Numbered from the stretch's first letter, positions 31,786 through 43,796 are shown. The stretch is DNA of 64,000 nt from Hyaloraphidium curvatum SAG 235-1 (GCA_025558095.1 JAIVFI010000038.1:372001-436000), one strand, 5' to 3'. The notes: generated by a model not told the origin, from the sequence alone. Program-made: numbers and translations.

Positions 31786-33895
31786 ATGGCGTCCAGCGCG
31801 TCGGGCACGGGCGTCGCGATCCCCGGCTCGCGCACGGCGTCGGCGGCGGGCGCGCTGTCGTCGTCGCTGCTGCAGCACGAGGACTCTATCTACGACGCAA
31901 TCACCGTCGCGCCGGCAAACATCTCGACGTCGCCGTTCAACAGTGCGCTCGAGAACAAGCAGGCCGCGAAGAAGGTGCGCGATCGCGAGGCGTCGCGGCC
32001 CGCGATGGCGCCGCCGTGTCCCCCCTGACATGTGCGTCCGCCACAGACGCTGCTCATCCTCAATGCCTCGAGCTGGATCGGCCAGGCGCACCTGGGCGTC
32101 GTGTCGCAGCAGAGCATCGTCGCCGACGAGAACCTGCGGGTGATGAGCCCGGCCGCCGGCCCGGGCTTCAACCCGTTCACCTACGGCAACAACGAGGACG
32201 CCGTCGTCAACCCCGGCGGCTTCTACGTCGGCTCGCCCCCTCCGATGAAGCCAGTGGACGCGGCGGCTTCGAACCCCGGCCTGGCGCAGTCGCCCTCGAC
32301 CGGCTTCCTGCCCGGGCTCGGCGTGCCCAAGCGCGGCTCGGTGGCGTGGGCTTCGGAGACCGCGGGGGCGGACATGAGCGCCGGCGGCAAGCTGCGCGTG
32401 ATTGCTGCCTACCGCAGCGCGTCGAAGATGCCGCAGGAGCTGCCCGCCGGGATCGACAAGCTCGTGCAGGTCGATTTCGACGTGCCCTCCTCCATCGATG
32501 CTGGTCGGTGCCCTCGCCCGGCCTCCCGTCCCTCGACATCCGCTCACCTTTCCTTCTATTCCAGCCTTCGAGAAGGAATCCGTCGACTACGTCTACATCA
32601 TCCCCTCCTACTCCGCCAACCGCGCCCAGCAGACCTCCGAGATCGTCCAGGCCTGCCTCCGCCACCGCCGCGTGCGCTACATCGTCCTCCTCTCCCTCCT
32701 CGCGCCCAAGCACGCCGCGTTCACCGGCCGCGCGGGAGGGGGGGAGGCCGAGTTCCCGGTCCACAAGGAGTTCCGGGAGCTCGAGAGGATGGTGGCCAAG
32801 TCGGGCATCACGCACACGTTCTTGCGCGTGGGGATATTCCACCACCAGCTGTTTGAGATCTGCAGGAGGTCGGCGGAGTGGACGGTGGAGAACAACCCGG
32901 CGGAGGCGGACGTCATCTCGTTGGGGCTGCCCCTCAAGATCGGGACGGTCGCCCCCGTGGACGTGGGTTCTTTGGCGGGCCCTTCGCCTTTTTATTCCTG
33001 ACGTTTTCGCCGGATCCCAGGTCCGCGACGTCGCCCAAGTCAGCTCCCACCTCTTCGCCTCCTTCCCCCAGCACCCCTACCTCAACCAGCCCGTTGACAT
33101 CACGGGCCCGCAGCTCCTCTCTGGCACCGCCCTCGTCGGCGCCATGTCCAAGGGTCTCGGCCGCCCCGTGCGCTACGCCAACGTCTCCACCGTCGACTTT
33201 GCTCAGTTCCTGACCCGCGTCGGGCTCGCGGGCACGGTGCGGGACGTCGAGGCCATCTGCGGGCTCTGGGCCACGGCGGGGCGCGGGGAGTGGGCCTATC
33301 TCGGCGCAGACATGTCGCAGTTCAGCTCCGACCCCAAGCGGAAGAAGGGCATCCCGCTGGCGCAGCACTTCGAGGAGCGCAAGGAGGAGATCGCCTCGAT
33401 CGTCTTGCAGGCCACACCCGCCGACTCGGCACCCAGCTCCCCCTCCCGGCTCTCCCGCTCCAACTCGGTTCTCGGCTCCTCCGCGCCGATCTCGCTGCAC
33501 GCGCGCAGGCCGTCGATCCCCTCGCCGCTGCTGGGCGACCTGTCGCTCGGCGCGCACGACGCGAAGAAGCCGACGCCGCCGCCGACGGTGACGCCGGAGC
33601 TGCCCAACCCGAGCAGCCCGACGACGACGTGGTGGACGCCGGGGCACGTGGAGGGGAAGATCGGCGTGCACATGAGCCCCGCGGAGTGGCTCAAGAGGTC
33701 GGTCGCGCGCGGCGTCGCGGCGCCGTGATCGGTGCTCACATGCTTCCCCTCGCGATCGACAGATACGGCCCCAGCGCCGCCGTCCCCTCGCCGCAAAAGT
33801 TCGCCGGCAACCCGCACGGCTTCGTCGACGGGCACGAGGAGGCGCACCCGGAGCTGATCCGCAACGTGGCGGACATGACGATCGGCAAGAAGTGA
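31786..33895 (+). CDS. NmrA-like NAD(P)-binding Rossmann protein with low-complexity insert and tail; ~4 introns (last 33698-33762)
   Basis: LRVIAAYRS..VQVDFDVPSSI..VDYVYII..SGITHTFLR..APVD|VRDVA..ITGPQLLSG..LGRPVRY. Final exon RYGPSAA..IGKK*. Confidence 0.7.
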
Positions 33896-34136
33896 GCTGC
33901 GGGATGTGGGGCGAAAATTCAACCATGTAGTGGGCATCTGTGGCAGGCGGGCTGGTTGCTTTGGAGCTGAACCTATTGGCACTCGAATAGATTAGCTTGA
34001 CCTCATTATGTATCCGGGCTTGACATGGTGGACGTGGGGCGGAACGGAACGACGAGCGCTTCCCAATCGCCGCCCGACTACGCCAAATCCCGGTTCGGCC
34101 CCCACAGCGCGGATCGCAATCCGGGGCCGTTTTGCT

Positions 34137-35003
34137 ATGGCTCCCGACCCCAACTCCGTCTCCCTCCTCGGCCTGGGCGCGATGGGCGCGGCTCTCGCGC
34201 GCGCTCTCCTCCGCGGGGGACACGACGTGACCGTCTGGAACCGCACGGCGTCCAAGGCCAAGGCCCTGGAATCCGAAGGCGCCAAGGCCGCGGCCACGCC
34301 CGGAGACGCCATCTCGGCCTCGGCTGTGACGTTCTTTGTCGTCGTGGACGCGGACCAGACGCTCGCCATCCTCGACGCGTTCGCCCAACTGGCGAAGGAC
34401 AGGACGCTAGTGCAGCTGTCCACGGGGACGGCCGACGACGCGCGCAAGATCCAATCGAGGTGCAACGACCTCGGTGCCAGGTATTTGGAGGGCAAGCTCC
34501 TCTTCTACCCCGACCAAGCTGGAACCTCCGACGCGTTCCTCCCGGTCTGCGGCCCGACCGACGTGTACGCCGCTGCTGAGCCCTTCTTCAAGTCGCTGGG
34601 CGCGCCGGACTACCTGGGCGACGGGATCGGCAAGGCCGCTGCCACGGACCACAGCCTGCTGTCCCTCGCCATGTCGATGCTGGTTGGCACCGTGCACGCG
34701 GCGCGCATGTGCGAGGCCGAGGGGCTGCCGCTGGAGCGCCTGATCCGCGGCATGGGCTCCCTGGAGACGGTCCTGCTCCCGGAGCTGAGGTCGATGGTGC
34801 AGAGGATCGAGAAGGGGAACTTCGGAGATACGCATGCCGCCCTGGGCACCTACTACTTCGCGGTGGAGAAGACGGCCAAGCAGGCGCGCGCGGCGGGCGT
34901 CAAGGGCAACTTCCTGGGCGAGATCGAGGGGCTGTTGAAGAAGGGAGTCAACATGGGCCTGGGCGACGAGGACATGGCCGCCCTGATCAAGGTTCTCCGC
35001 TGA
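34137..35003 (+). CDS. Imine-reductase-like / beta-hydroxyacid dehydrogenase family NADPH oxidoreductase, intronless
   Basis: GLGAMGAALARALLRGGHDVTVWNRTASK, VQLSTGT, YLEG, YLGDGIGKAAATDHSLL. Confidence 0.85.
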   Translation: MAPDPNSVSLLGLGAMGAALARALLRGGHDVTVWNRTASKAKALESEGAKAAATPGDAISASAVTFFVVVDADQTLAILDAFAQLAKDRTLVQLSTGTADDARKIQSRCNDLGARYLEGKLLFYPDQAGTSDAFLPVCGPTDVYAAAEPFFKSLGAPDYLGDGIGKAAATDHSLLSLAMSMLVGTVHAARMCEAEGLPLERLIRGMGSLETVLLPELRSMVQRIEKGNFGDTHAALGTYYFAVEKTAKQARAAGVKGNFLGEIEGLLKKGVNMGLGDEDMAALIKVLR

Positions 35004-35181
35004 TCGTGGGACGTGGATGCAGGGAAGTAATTGGAACGAGTATGGACGCGAAAGTTGTGCTCCATTCTCTATGCGCCTACTCCTTTAGTACAGTGATTGT
35101 CGAAGTCGAGGGCAGTGGCGCCCCCTTATCGTGAACCTGATCCCTGGCCTCCGATGATCGCGATCCATCACCTGTCAGTGT

Positions 35182-36179
35182 TCAGTTCCAGTCATCCGCG
35201 GTCGACGAAGCGGGCGCAGCCGCCGCGGGCACGGCAGGCTTGGTCAGCGTGGAGGCGGCAGGCTTGGCCGGGGCCTCCTCCTCCTGCTCGGCGGCGGAGG
35301 GCTTGGCGACGAGCTCCGTGTCGTCGGCGGCAGGCAGCTTCTCCTCCAGCTCGGAGGCGGCCGCGGGCTTGGTGGATGCGGCGGTCGATCCGGATCCGCC
35401 GAAGGAGCTCGTGGCGGGCTTGGTGGCCGGGGCAGCCACGTCCTCGACGGCGGCAGCAGCTTCCTCGACAGCGGGGGCGGCGTCCGCGGTGGTGGCTGAG
35501 ACGGCATCCGCAGCGCCGCTGGCAGGAGGGAGCGTGGTGGGGCCCGCGGGAACGGTGGCGGGGGCAGGCTGGCTCGTGGGCCCAGCAGGGACGGTCGCCG
35601 GAGCAGGCTGGCTCGTGGTCGGGCCGGCAGGCACCGTGGTGGAGAGGGGCTGGCTTGTAGCGGGCCCGGCGGGCACCGTCGCGGGGGCAGGCTGGCTTGT
35701 GGCGGGCCCCGCAGGCACCGTGGCCGGAGCGGGCTGGCTTATAGGTCCCGCAGGAACGGTGGCAGGGACAGGCTGGCTCGTCGGCCCGGCTGGCACAGTA
35801 GCCGGGGCGGGCGGGGCGACCGCAACGGGAGCAACCCCAGCAGCGGGAGCAGGGGCAGGGGCTCCGTTGAGGGGGTAGCAGTTCTGACAGAAGTCCATGT
35901 TGCTTGAATTAGGAGGACCTGATGAGCGTTTGGAAGCCGGAGAATGCAAGATGAACGCACCAGGTCCAGCAACGGGCGTGAACCTCGCCGACGGTCGGCC
36001 TGCGCTGCTTGCAGCCTGGAAGACGCCAAAAGTCAGTCTCCACATAGCAAGGAGCATACATAATGACACTCACCGTCGCAATCGTAGTATGTAGTGATTC
36101 CGCCGATCTTCATGGCGTGGCCGTTGGGGCACACTGGAGCGGCGGCGCCAGCGGGGGCGGCACGGGTTGCGGCAGCCAT
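35182..36179 (-). CDS. Small Cys/His zinc-binding domain protein with Pro/Ala/Thr repeat tail; 2 introns
   Basis: Spliced CPNGH..YDCD|GC..RCWT|CNMDFCQNC, then tandem repeats and an acidic tail ending ADDWN*. Confidence 0.7.
35533..35812 (-). repeat. Seven coding tandem repeats, consensus QPAPATVPAGP(A/T)TS (13-14 aa)
   Basis: Read directly from the translation; codons differ between units. Confidence 0.85.
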
Positions 36180-36981
36180 TTCGACGCGGCTTTTCCTCCA
36201 AAAGGAGGGCAAAATGCAGCTGCTTTCGACCCTGGAGTCCGAGCGGCACGGCCAGCGACTTTCGTAGCGTTTCTTGGCGGGCAAGTGCGGGAACGGACCC
36301 TGGAAACAGTCGGACCCCGAAGGGAACAGTGGCCCATTCACTATACAAGATAATGAGCCGAGCGAATCTGCGGAAGGATTCATGAAGACAACGATCTGCT
36401 GCATACCATGAATCATCTAGTTGTAGCGTTGTGTTCGGGGTCAGTGGGTCGCAGATGACGGGTGATTGGTCGGGAGAGCAGCAAGGTAAGAGCTTGATCA
36501 CGGATGCAACGGCTCCTCCGAGAACGAAAAGATAAACTGAAGAGGAATTGGTTTGGCTGAGTCTCGGACTTCCGATGCTGCGCTTCTTGAATGTGACCAC
36601 GCCGAATGCCCTCCAATCCCCGTCAAGGGCCATCATCGGCTGTCCATCCTCATCCCGATCGGAGATTTTCCTGTAGCAGCTTCCGCACGGTACAGCTCAG
36701 CATCGCGACCTCGGGCTACTGCCCCGTTTCGACGAAAGCTGTGGCGGACTTCTTGGAACCCGCCCGCAGCACACCCCCCCCCGGCCCTTTCCCCATCCCC
36801 CGAAGCACTTCAAAAGCCCCGGCAGTTGGCAGTGGGCCAGCAAGCCCGAACCGTTGAACTCTCACCTTGCTGACAAGCACGCTGCTCTGTCGGCGCCAAC
36901 AGCGCCCGCACCGGCCCCCGCATCCGATCCCTCGACTAGTCACTCCCCCACTCCCCAAACACCCCCGACTCCGGCGCCGCC

Positions 36982-37953
36982 ATGCCTGCCTTCGCGCGCC
37001 CGTCTCAGAACCTCGCGGCGGTGGCCGCCGGCGCGTCGCTCGACGGCTCCCGTGTCTCGCAGCTCTCGGACCTTCTGTGGCCGACGGTGCTCGGCGAACC
37101 TCGCCTCTTCCTGCACCGCCTGCGCCGGTCGAACGGCATCATTGCCATCGCATTCCAGTGGGGCCAGCTCATCGTGTTCCTCGCTACGGCGTCCTTGGAC
37201 ATCACCCTGCGGCTCGGCATCGTCCTCGCCGTCCTCGGAGGCCTGGAACTGATCCGGTTCGCCACTCTCGCCCGCTGGGAGGTCTGGCCCGGCGTCATGA
37301 ACTGCGTCTTCTTCATCGCCTACCTCGTGCAGCTGATTGCCGTCGCGGCGTCGTCAGCAGCGCACGACTTTCTGGCCAACTGGTGCGGCGCGCTCACCCA
37401 GCTCAGCGTCGGCGTGATTCTCGCACTTCTCTGCCTTCCGCCCGTCTCGCGGCCTTTCGTGCGGGACAACATTGTCGAGGGCATGTGGCAGAGCGGCATG
37501 GACCTGCCCAAGTCTGAACTCTGGGCGCGCACGGCGCCGGGAACCCAGCCTTTCAAGGGTGCGCTGATGATTACCGGGCTCTGGGTCGTCGTTTTCCTGA
37601 TCATGGGCGGTTCCGCGGCCGTGGTCGCCGGTGTCTACCCCGGCAACGAGCCCGAGCCGACCTGGTTCACCGTGGTCTTCAACTACGTGCTTCCGTACGG
37701 AGCTTTGGTGGTCGGACTTTTGCTCACTAGGTACGCCCGGAGCGTCTTTGCTTCGCGGCGCGCCCAGGCAGCCGAGGCGGCGGCGGTGGAGGCGGGCAAG
37801 GACTACGGCTACGAGGATGCTGCGCCGGCCCCAGCCTACCCGCAGACCGCATACCTGCCGCCGCCCGTCAACGCCGCACCGGTGCAGTATGCGCCGCCGC
37901 CCATCGAAGCCGGGCCTACGGTGCAGTACGCCGCACCCCCAATCACCAAGTAG
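36982..37953 (+). CDS. Uncharacterised multi-pass membrane protein (~6 TM) with Pro/Tyr-rich C-tail
   Basis: Open 323-aa frame with strong GC3 bias and several hydrophobic helices. Tail contains YLPPP, YAPPP, YAAPP. Confidence 0.72.
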   Translation: MPAFARPSQNLAAVAAGASLDGSRVSQLSDLLWPTVLGEPRLFLHRLRRSNGIIAIAFQWGQLIVFLATASLDITLRLGIVLAVLGGLELIRFATLARWEVWPGVMNCVFFIAYLVQLIAVAASSAAHDFLANWCGALTQLSVGVILALLCLPPVSRPFVRDNIVEGMWQSGMDLPKSELWARTAPGTQPFKGALMITGLWVVVFLIMGGSAAVVAGVYPGNEPEPTWFTVVFNYVLPYGALVVGLLLTRYARSVFASRRAQAAEAAAVEAGKDYGYEDAAPAPAYPQTAYLPPPVNAAPVQYAPPPIEAGPTVQYAAPPITK

Positions 37954-38107
37954 GCCTTTGCTGACCGGTGTAGTTGGGCTCGGAGCGAGTGACAGATGGA
38001 CCGGCTTCCCATGCGAAGATGTTCAAAACCGACTTCATTGTTGCCCACGTTCCTGACCTCCATTCCTACCCCCCACTCGCGATCTGCATCCGTTCTCCGG
38101 CCAACCG

Positions 38108-39341
38108 CTACTCCCGTGCCTCCACCGGCTTCGATCCCTCCGCCTGCGCCGCCGCGTCCTCGGCCGCCTTGCGCCTGTCCACCTTTCCGCTGGCCTGGCG
38201 ATAGCGCTTGAGCCAGGCGAGGTACCGCCTGTCGGTGCCGAGGAGGTGGTCGACGATGAGGATGCCGCAGTTGACGCCGTCTGTCGAAAAGAATAGTGAG
38301 AAAGACAAAGGACGGGAAGGGAGATGGAAGGAACCCACAGTTGCCCTCGAACTTGCTATGGTGATTATCGTGGAATAGCGCGTTGGGCATGAACGGGATG
38401 TGATAGCCCGAATGGGCCGAGCTGGTCTCGAGGATGCGCCCTGCGGACAACAAAGCGCCCCGGTCAGGCAAAGAGCAACCGACCCAGCCGCCGCGATGCC
38501 CACAAAAGATCCAAGCCCACTGCGTCGACGGGTGCACGGGCAGCAACGCCGAGGGCAGGTGGAACGGCAGCGAGTTGGCCACCACCTGTTCCACCGGGTG
38601 GGCGTAGGCAGCCGACAGCGCGAACGGCGCGGTGTTGGTGTGGTGCTGCCGGTGGATATGCTTGTAGAGCAGCGGGTGGTGCAGGAACCTGTGCGCCGAG
38701 TAGAACCCGACCTCGAAGCTGAGTTCGAGGAAGAGGAACTCGGCCGCCGAGCGGAGGGCCGACGGGATCTGCCGCATGCGCGAGGGGCCGCCGCGCTTGG
38801 TCCAGATCCACATGTACAGCGACGACAGGGGGCCGGTGATCGTCGTCTGGTACACCATGACCCAGAAGATGGTCTTGAGGAAGTGCTTCAGGGTCGGCGG
38901 CGGCTTGTCCTTCTGGATCCGCGTCTCGTAGAGGAACTTGGGCCACTTGAAGAAGTCGAGGAACGCGTAGGCGAGTCCGAAGCCTGGCCAAGGCACATAG
39001 ATTAGTTGAGCGGTTTCCTTTGCCCCCTCAGTCGGCTTACCAAGGAAGGTCGGCGTTGCGATGGCTCCAGTGATGCCGCGATACATGGCCGCCGCAAGCG
39101 AGCCATCGTCCGGATACTTGGCGAACAAGTTCTTGTAAAAGGCCTTCCCTTTTTCGGAGCGGTTGAACGCGATGAGGCCCAGGAGCGTGAGGACCGCGGG
39201 TGTGGCCTCGCTCAGGTCGAACAGGAGCGAGCGGTCCGAGAGCGCGGACCGCTGCTCGGCGACCTCCTCAGGTCCCTCCGCCACGGCAGCGTTGTAAGCG
39301 TCCTCCGCGGTAGCGTCTCCGACGGGCGGAACGTCCGACAT
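38108..39341 (-). CDS. Fatty acid hydroxylase / sterol desaturase superfamily (FAXDC2/ERG25-like), spliced
   Basis: His boxes FYSAHRFLH, IHRQHH, AYAHPVE, AHSGY, FHDNHH. Last exon ..DHLLGTD..EARE*. Confidence 0.88.
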
Positions 39342-39474
39342 GGCGCGGACCAGCGAGTGAGGATCGAGGACAACGAGGAATATTCCCTTCCGGATTGCGG
39401 GTGTCCCCCACGCAGGGCCGCGTCGAACACGAAGCCATTCCTCCCTCTTTGGCGCACAATATTCAGGGACGGCA

Positions 39475-40494
39475 ATGGCAGCGGAGCGCGTTGCCGCCGG
39501 CCCGCCTCGTCCGGACGCGTCGCTCGCCGCGCAGATGCCCGTCGGGCTGCGCGTCATCAACGGATGCCGCGCGCACCTGCTGAGGGCAAAGACGGAGCTC
39601 TTTTCCCTCGCGCAGCCGGCCGGTACGTCGGCCATTTCACCGGAGCGGCTGGACGGTTACTTCTCGTCTGCGGAACGGGGCTCGCCCTACTTCTTCGTCG
39701 CCGAGCGATTCGGTGCTCCAGACGGGACGCAAACTTTTCCGGGGCCACCTGGGACCCATCCTGTGGTCGGCCTTGTATTAATTGATGAGCCCGATGGCGG
39801 GCGGGGCGAATGGTATCTCGACGTGTACACCTCGGAGCCCGCTTCGGCCGATTTCCTCGCAGCCTACGGGAAGGACCGGGCCAGAACAATGGCGATCATC
39901 GGCGTGGTGCCTCGAGTCGTAGTCTTAGGTGTCTCTCCGTCTGTCTCGGAAGGCCCTTGGACGCCGCTGCCCCGCGATCACCGTCACAACCTCATCGTGC
40001 GTCCCGCGCTGCCCGTCTTCGACCTCCCGCACATCGAGTCAATGTGGAAGAGAATCGGCTGGGGCTACGATGAAGTCCCGGGATGGTTGGACAAGACGCG
40101 GACAGGGGACAAGGCTGCCTGGGTCGTGACGCCGGGCAGCGCGCCAGACGAGGTCCTCGGCTGCCTCGTGGTCGCGTTCTCGGACTTGGAAGGGGACCCG
40201 GACATGTGCGATCTCGCTTCCGGCCTGATTTCGCTGTCGTACCTCGGCGTGCACCCGGACTTGCACGGCAAGGGCCTCGGGAGCTACTTGCTGGACTGGG
40301 CCGACAACGAAACCCGGTTGATGGGGTGGAAGGCGATCGCGCTCAACACTGGGCCCCAGAATCCGGCCCAGAAGCTTTACGAGCGGAAGGGTTTCCGCTT
40401 TGTCAAGTTGGCTCCGAGGGAGTGGGCGCTGCAGACGATGGTGGACCTGCCTGTCGAGGAGCGGGTGGCGAAGTTCTACAGAAAAGATCTGTAG
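39475..40494 (+). CDS. GNAT-family N-acetyltransferase (C-terminal GNAT domain)
   Basis: YLGVHPDLHGKGLGSYLL; NPAQKLYERKGF. Confidence 0.85.
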   Translation: MAAERVAAGPPRPDASLAAQMPVGLRVINGCRAHLLRAKTELFSLAQPAGTSAISPERLDGYFSSAERGSPYFFVAERFGAPDGTQTFPGPPGTHPVVGLVLIDEPDGGRGEWYLDVYTSEPASADFLAAYGKDRARTMAIIGVVPRVVVLGVSPSVSEGPWTPLPRDHRHNLIVRPALPVFDLPHIESMWKRIGWGYDEVPGWLDKTRTGDKAAWVVTPGSAPDEVLGCLVVAFSDLEGDPDMCDLASGLISLSYLGVHPDLHGKGLGSYLLDWADNETRLMGWKAIALNTGPQNPAQKLYERKGFRFVKLAPREWALQTMVDLPVEERVAKFYRKDL

Positions 40495-40651
40495 CAATTT
40501 TGGCTTCAAAGCGGGAAGAATTGAGGGAAAGAAGAAGCAGATCGCTCTGAGGTGCCAAAGCGCCCCGGTGACGAGGGGCGGCGCAGGGGGCGGCGCGAGC
40601 GTCTCCCACTGCGAGCAAACAGCTCCCCGACAACCGCCCTCGCGACCCAAA

Positions 40652-41876
40652 ATGCCATACCAGGACATCGTTGTCGAGCATGAAGGGCCTCTTTACACCA
40701 TCCGGTGGGCTCCAACGTCGGCTCTGGCCGGGATGACGGGGTCGTTGACCGCGTTTCCGTCGCCCCGGCGTGCAGGTTCAACCGGCCGAAGTCGCTCAAC
40801 TCTTTCGGAGGGCGGATGATGCCGGAGGTTAGAACGAGCTCTTTGAAATGCGAAGGTCAAACCGCTCATGTCTCTCTTCCCCGGGCTACCCACCCGATTC
40901 GTGCTTTCCGTTCTGAAGCTCATCGCCGCGATTCACGAGGCCGAGAAGCTCCCGGACGTTGTCGTCATCATGATCACCGGCAACGGACGCTTCTTCTCTT
41001 CTGGCGCCGACGTCAAGGTGATTTGGGGCGCCGGACATGTCCCTCTGGTCCGCTGACCGGGAACATCTCAAACAGGGCGTAGCCTCCACTGGCTCCTCGT
41101 CGGCGGGCGGTCCGCCGCAGGGCATCGACATGCGGCTCCACCAGATTCCGAACCTGGCCATTTCCCTGGAGATGATCCGCGCCATGATTGATTCTTCGAA
41201 GGTCATCTGCGTCGCGCTCAACGGCCCCGCCGTCGGAGGTGGAGCGGCGTGGTTCCTAGGGGTGGCGGACTTTGTGCTGGCGGCGGAGTCGGCGTGGGCC
41301 CAGATCGTGTTCAACGAGCTCGGTCGGTGGCGCGATTACCTTTCTGATGGGGCCTCCTGACGGCTCCTTTCGATAGGCCTTGTTCCGGAGCTGGGCTGCG
41401 GCGTCATCTTCCCCGACTCGATCGGCCTGAAGCGCGCCAACGAGCTCACCATGCTTTCGCGCAAGATCACCGCCGCGGATATGCTGTCGTGGGGCCTGGC
41501 CAACCGCGTGTTCCCGGACGCCACGTTCCACCAGGACGCCAAGGCCTTCTGGGACGAGGCCCTGTCGAGGTTTGTTGATTCTACAGGATCCAGGAAGACC
41601 AGCTTAGGCTGACGACGCCCCCAGGAACAACCACCGCTCCATTCTCGAGAGCAAGCGCCTGATCGCCCAGCCCAAGCGCGAGGCTGTGAGTTGTCTCGTT
41701 CCTTCGAAGGGGCTTCTCTGACGACCTCTGCATCGAAACGATTTCAGTGGATCAACGCTGCGACGCGCGCCACATCCGCTCTGGCGGACAGCTTCGTGCG
41801 GGGCGACCCGATCGTCGCCTTCCAGAAGAAGCAGCAGCAGCTCGCGGAGAAGTCCAAGGCTAAGGCGAAGATTTGA
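40652..41876 (+). CDS. ECI1: Peroxisomal delta3,delta2-enoyl-CoA isomerase (crotonase fold), multi-exon, PTS1-like -AKI
   Basis: TIR|FNRPKSLNSF..ITGNGRFFSSGADVK..ALNGPAVGGG..FNEL|GLVPELG..KAKAKI*. Confidence 0.82.
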
Positions 41877-42028
41877 AAATGTTGCTAGCGGTCTACATTG
41901 GAGTTGATGAAGTAGACGTCTGACGGTCCCTCGTCGGCCGAGGGGCCGTCCCCCGTCATCGCTCAGCCCCGACCCGGGGACATCTCTTTCAATCTTGCTG
42001 CTGAGGAACGCATCGCGCGCCGGGCGCG

Positions 42029-43796
42029 ATGTCGAAGGCCCCTACAACGGCGAGGAGTTTGCTCTTCCTTCTGTCGGCCCTTCTTGCCCTGCAGCCGGCT
42101 GGCGTCGCGGGACGTGGGTCGCCCCTTGTCGTCGGACCTCGCGGCGTCGAACGCCAACCTTGCGCGTTCTCGGCAGAGCTGTCGATCGAGATCGCGCCCA
42201 ATGCTTCCGTGAATTGCATTACCCCGAGTACCGGCCGGCCGCTCATCACGGACGCGGGATTCGTTGACCGCCTGTGGTGGCCCAAATGGCTCGCCAACGT
42301 CGCATGTCGGTCTACGACGGTCGTTGCGTGGAAGCTGCTTATCGAGGGTGATCTTGTTCTCCAGATTGCATGGACAACGATGACCAGAAGAACCAGACGG
42401 CATTGGACGAATGCCTCGCTCGTTGGGGGAACAATGTGAGAGGAGAGCCGCGAGAAAGGCAGCCCCATGTGTTCACCGAAGCCGCATGTTCGCCGCGATT
42501 CTTCAGATTACGTTCGCGGAGATCAGTCCTGCCTATCCAGCTCGGAAAGACCGCAACTTTGCTGGTTACGTCGCTTTCGTGAACACGAGCAACACAGGTT
42601 CCGCCCTTGAGAAACCGATAATCGTCGTGGGGCTTCGGGGAACAAGCAACGCGGACGAGGCGATAGCAGATCTGCAGGCCAGCCAGGAGAACTGCTCGGC
42701 CGTCGGTATCACGGAAGTTGCGTGCGGCGTGCACACTGGATTCGGCATCGGTCAGTTGTTGCTACCGAGTGCTCGAAGTGAGAGTGCATATCTTACAGCT
42801 ATTGTCTCTTCGGTCAGGATTCGATGACCTGCGTCCGGCAATCTCTGGGCTGCTTGCCTCCTACCTGGCTCGCCATCCCAACTCCCCTGTTCTTGTCACT
42901 GGTCACTCGCTTGGAGGAGCTCTTGCTTCTTTGTTTGCTCAAGACATCGCAAGGAACTACACCAAGGGGGCCAACGCTACCGTCAAGGATCTTCAGCTGT
43001 TTACGGTCGGTTTCGCGGCCATCGAGCGAGAAAGAAGCTAACTCTGCAAGCAACGAACAGTACGGCGAGCCACGAACCTTCACTCCAAACTTCAGTCCAA
43101 CATTCCGACAAGACCTCGTGCCCAATTCGCACCGCGTCGTCAACTATCTTGATCCGATCCCGCACCTCCCGCCCAATGACACGGACCTTGGTCTTTATGG
43201 TACGCGTCAATGCGTGTCGCTTTGCGAGGGACCTGATTTTCCAACCGCGATCGGTGCCAAACAGCACACGTCGGAACTCCCTACTTCATCTTCGGCAACT
43301 CCACGACATCGTGCTCGCTCAACTACTCGGCCGTTGCGACGTGCGAGCTGCAAGCCCCGACCGGCGAGGATCGTAACTGCCAGAACATCCTGTGGACGTT
43401 CAAGGCGGGCGTCAGGGGCGACGAGCTGAAGAACACGGCCGAGGCGTCGGCCCGGACTCTGGCATGGTTGGTGCCACGACGAAGTCCCATTTCGCCAGCA
43501 TTCATACTTTCCCCTTTGCATCAGGCATCTCCTCGACAACTACTTCCTCGGCGTAAGATGAGCCGTCGTATGGTGCATGGCTTTGGTTGAGCTTTCTTCC
43601 GCCGCAGTACCGCGCAACCACCCCTTTCCCCGGCGGAACCAGCTCCCCTGTGAGCACGGTGACAGCCGCAACAGCCACCGGAACTGCAACAGCCAGCACG
43701 AGTAGACCAAGCTCGGGTCGAAGAAGCTCCTTGGTGGAGCTGGCTCAGATCGCGTTCACCGCCGGAGTGTCCTTTCTCCTCTTCTTCGTAACTTAG
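42029..43796 (+). CDS. Secreted class 3 lipase with Ser/Thr stalk and hydrophobic (GPI-like) C-terminus, multi-exon
   Basis: Signal peptide, VVGLRGT, VHTGF, VTGHSLGG, YGEPR, RVVNYLDPIPHLP, WHLLDNYF, hydrophobic end IAFTAGVSFLLFFVT*. Confidence 0.85.

Noticed and set aside
33698-33895. Apparent stop at 33728 followed by a separate small ORF
   Set aside because: Explained by intron 33698-33762, which joins the last exon in frame.
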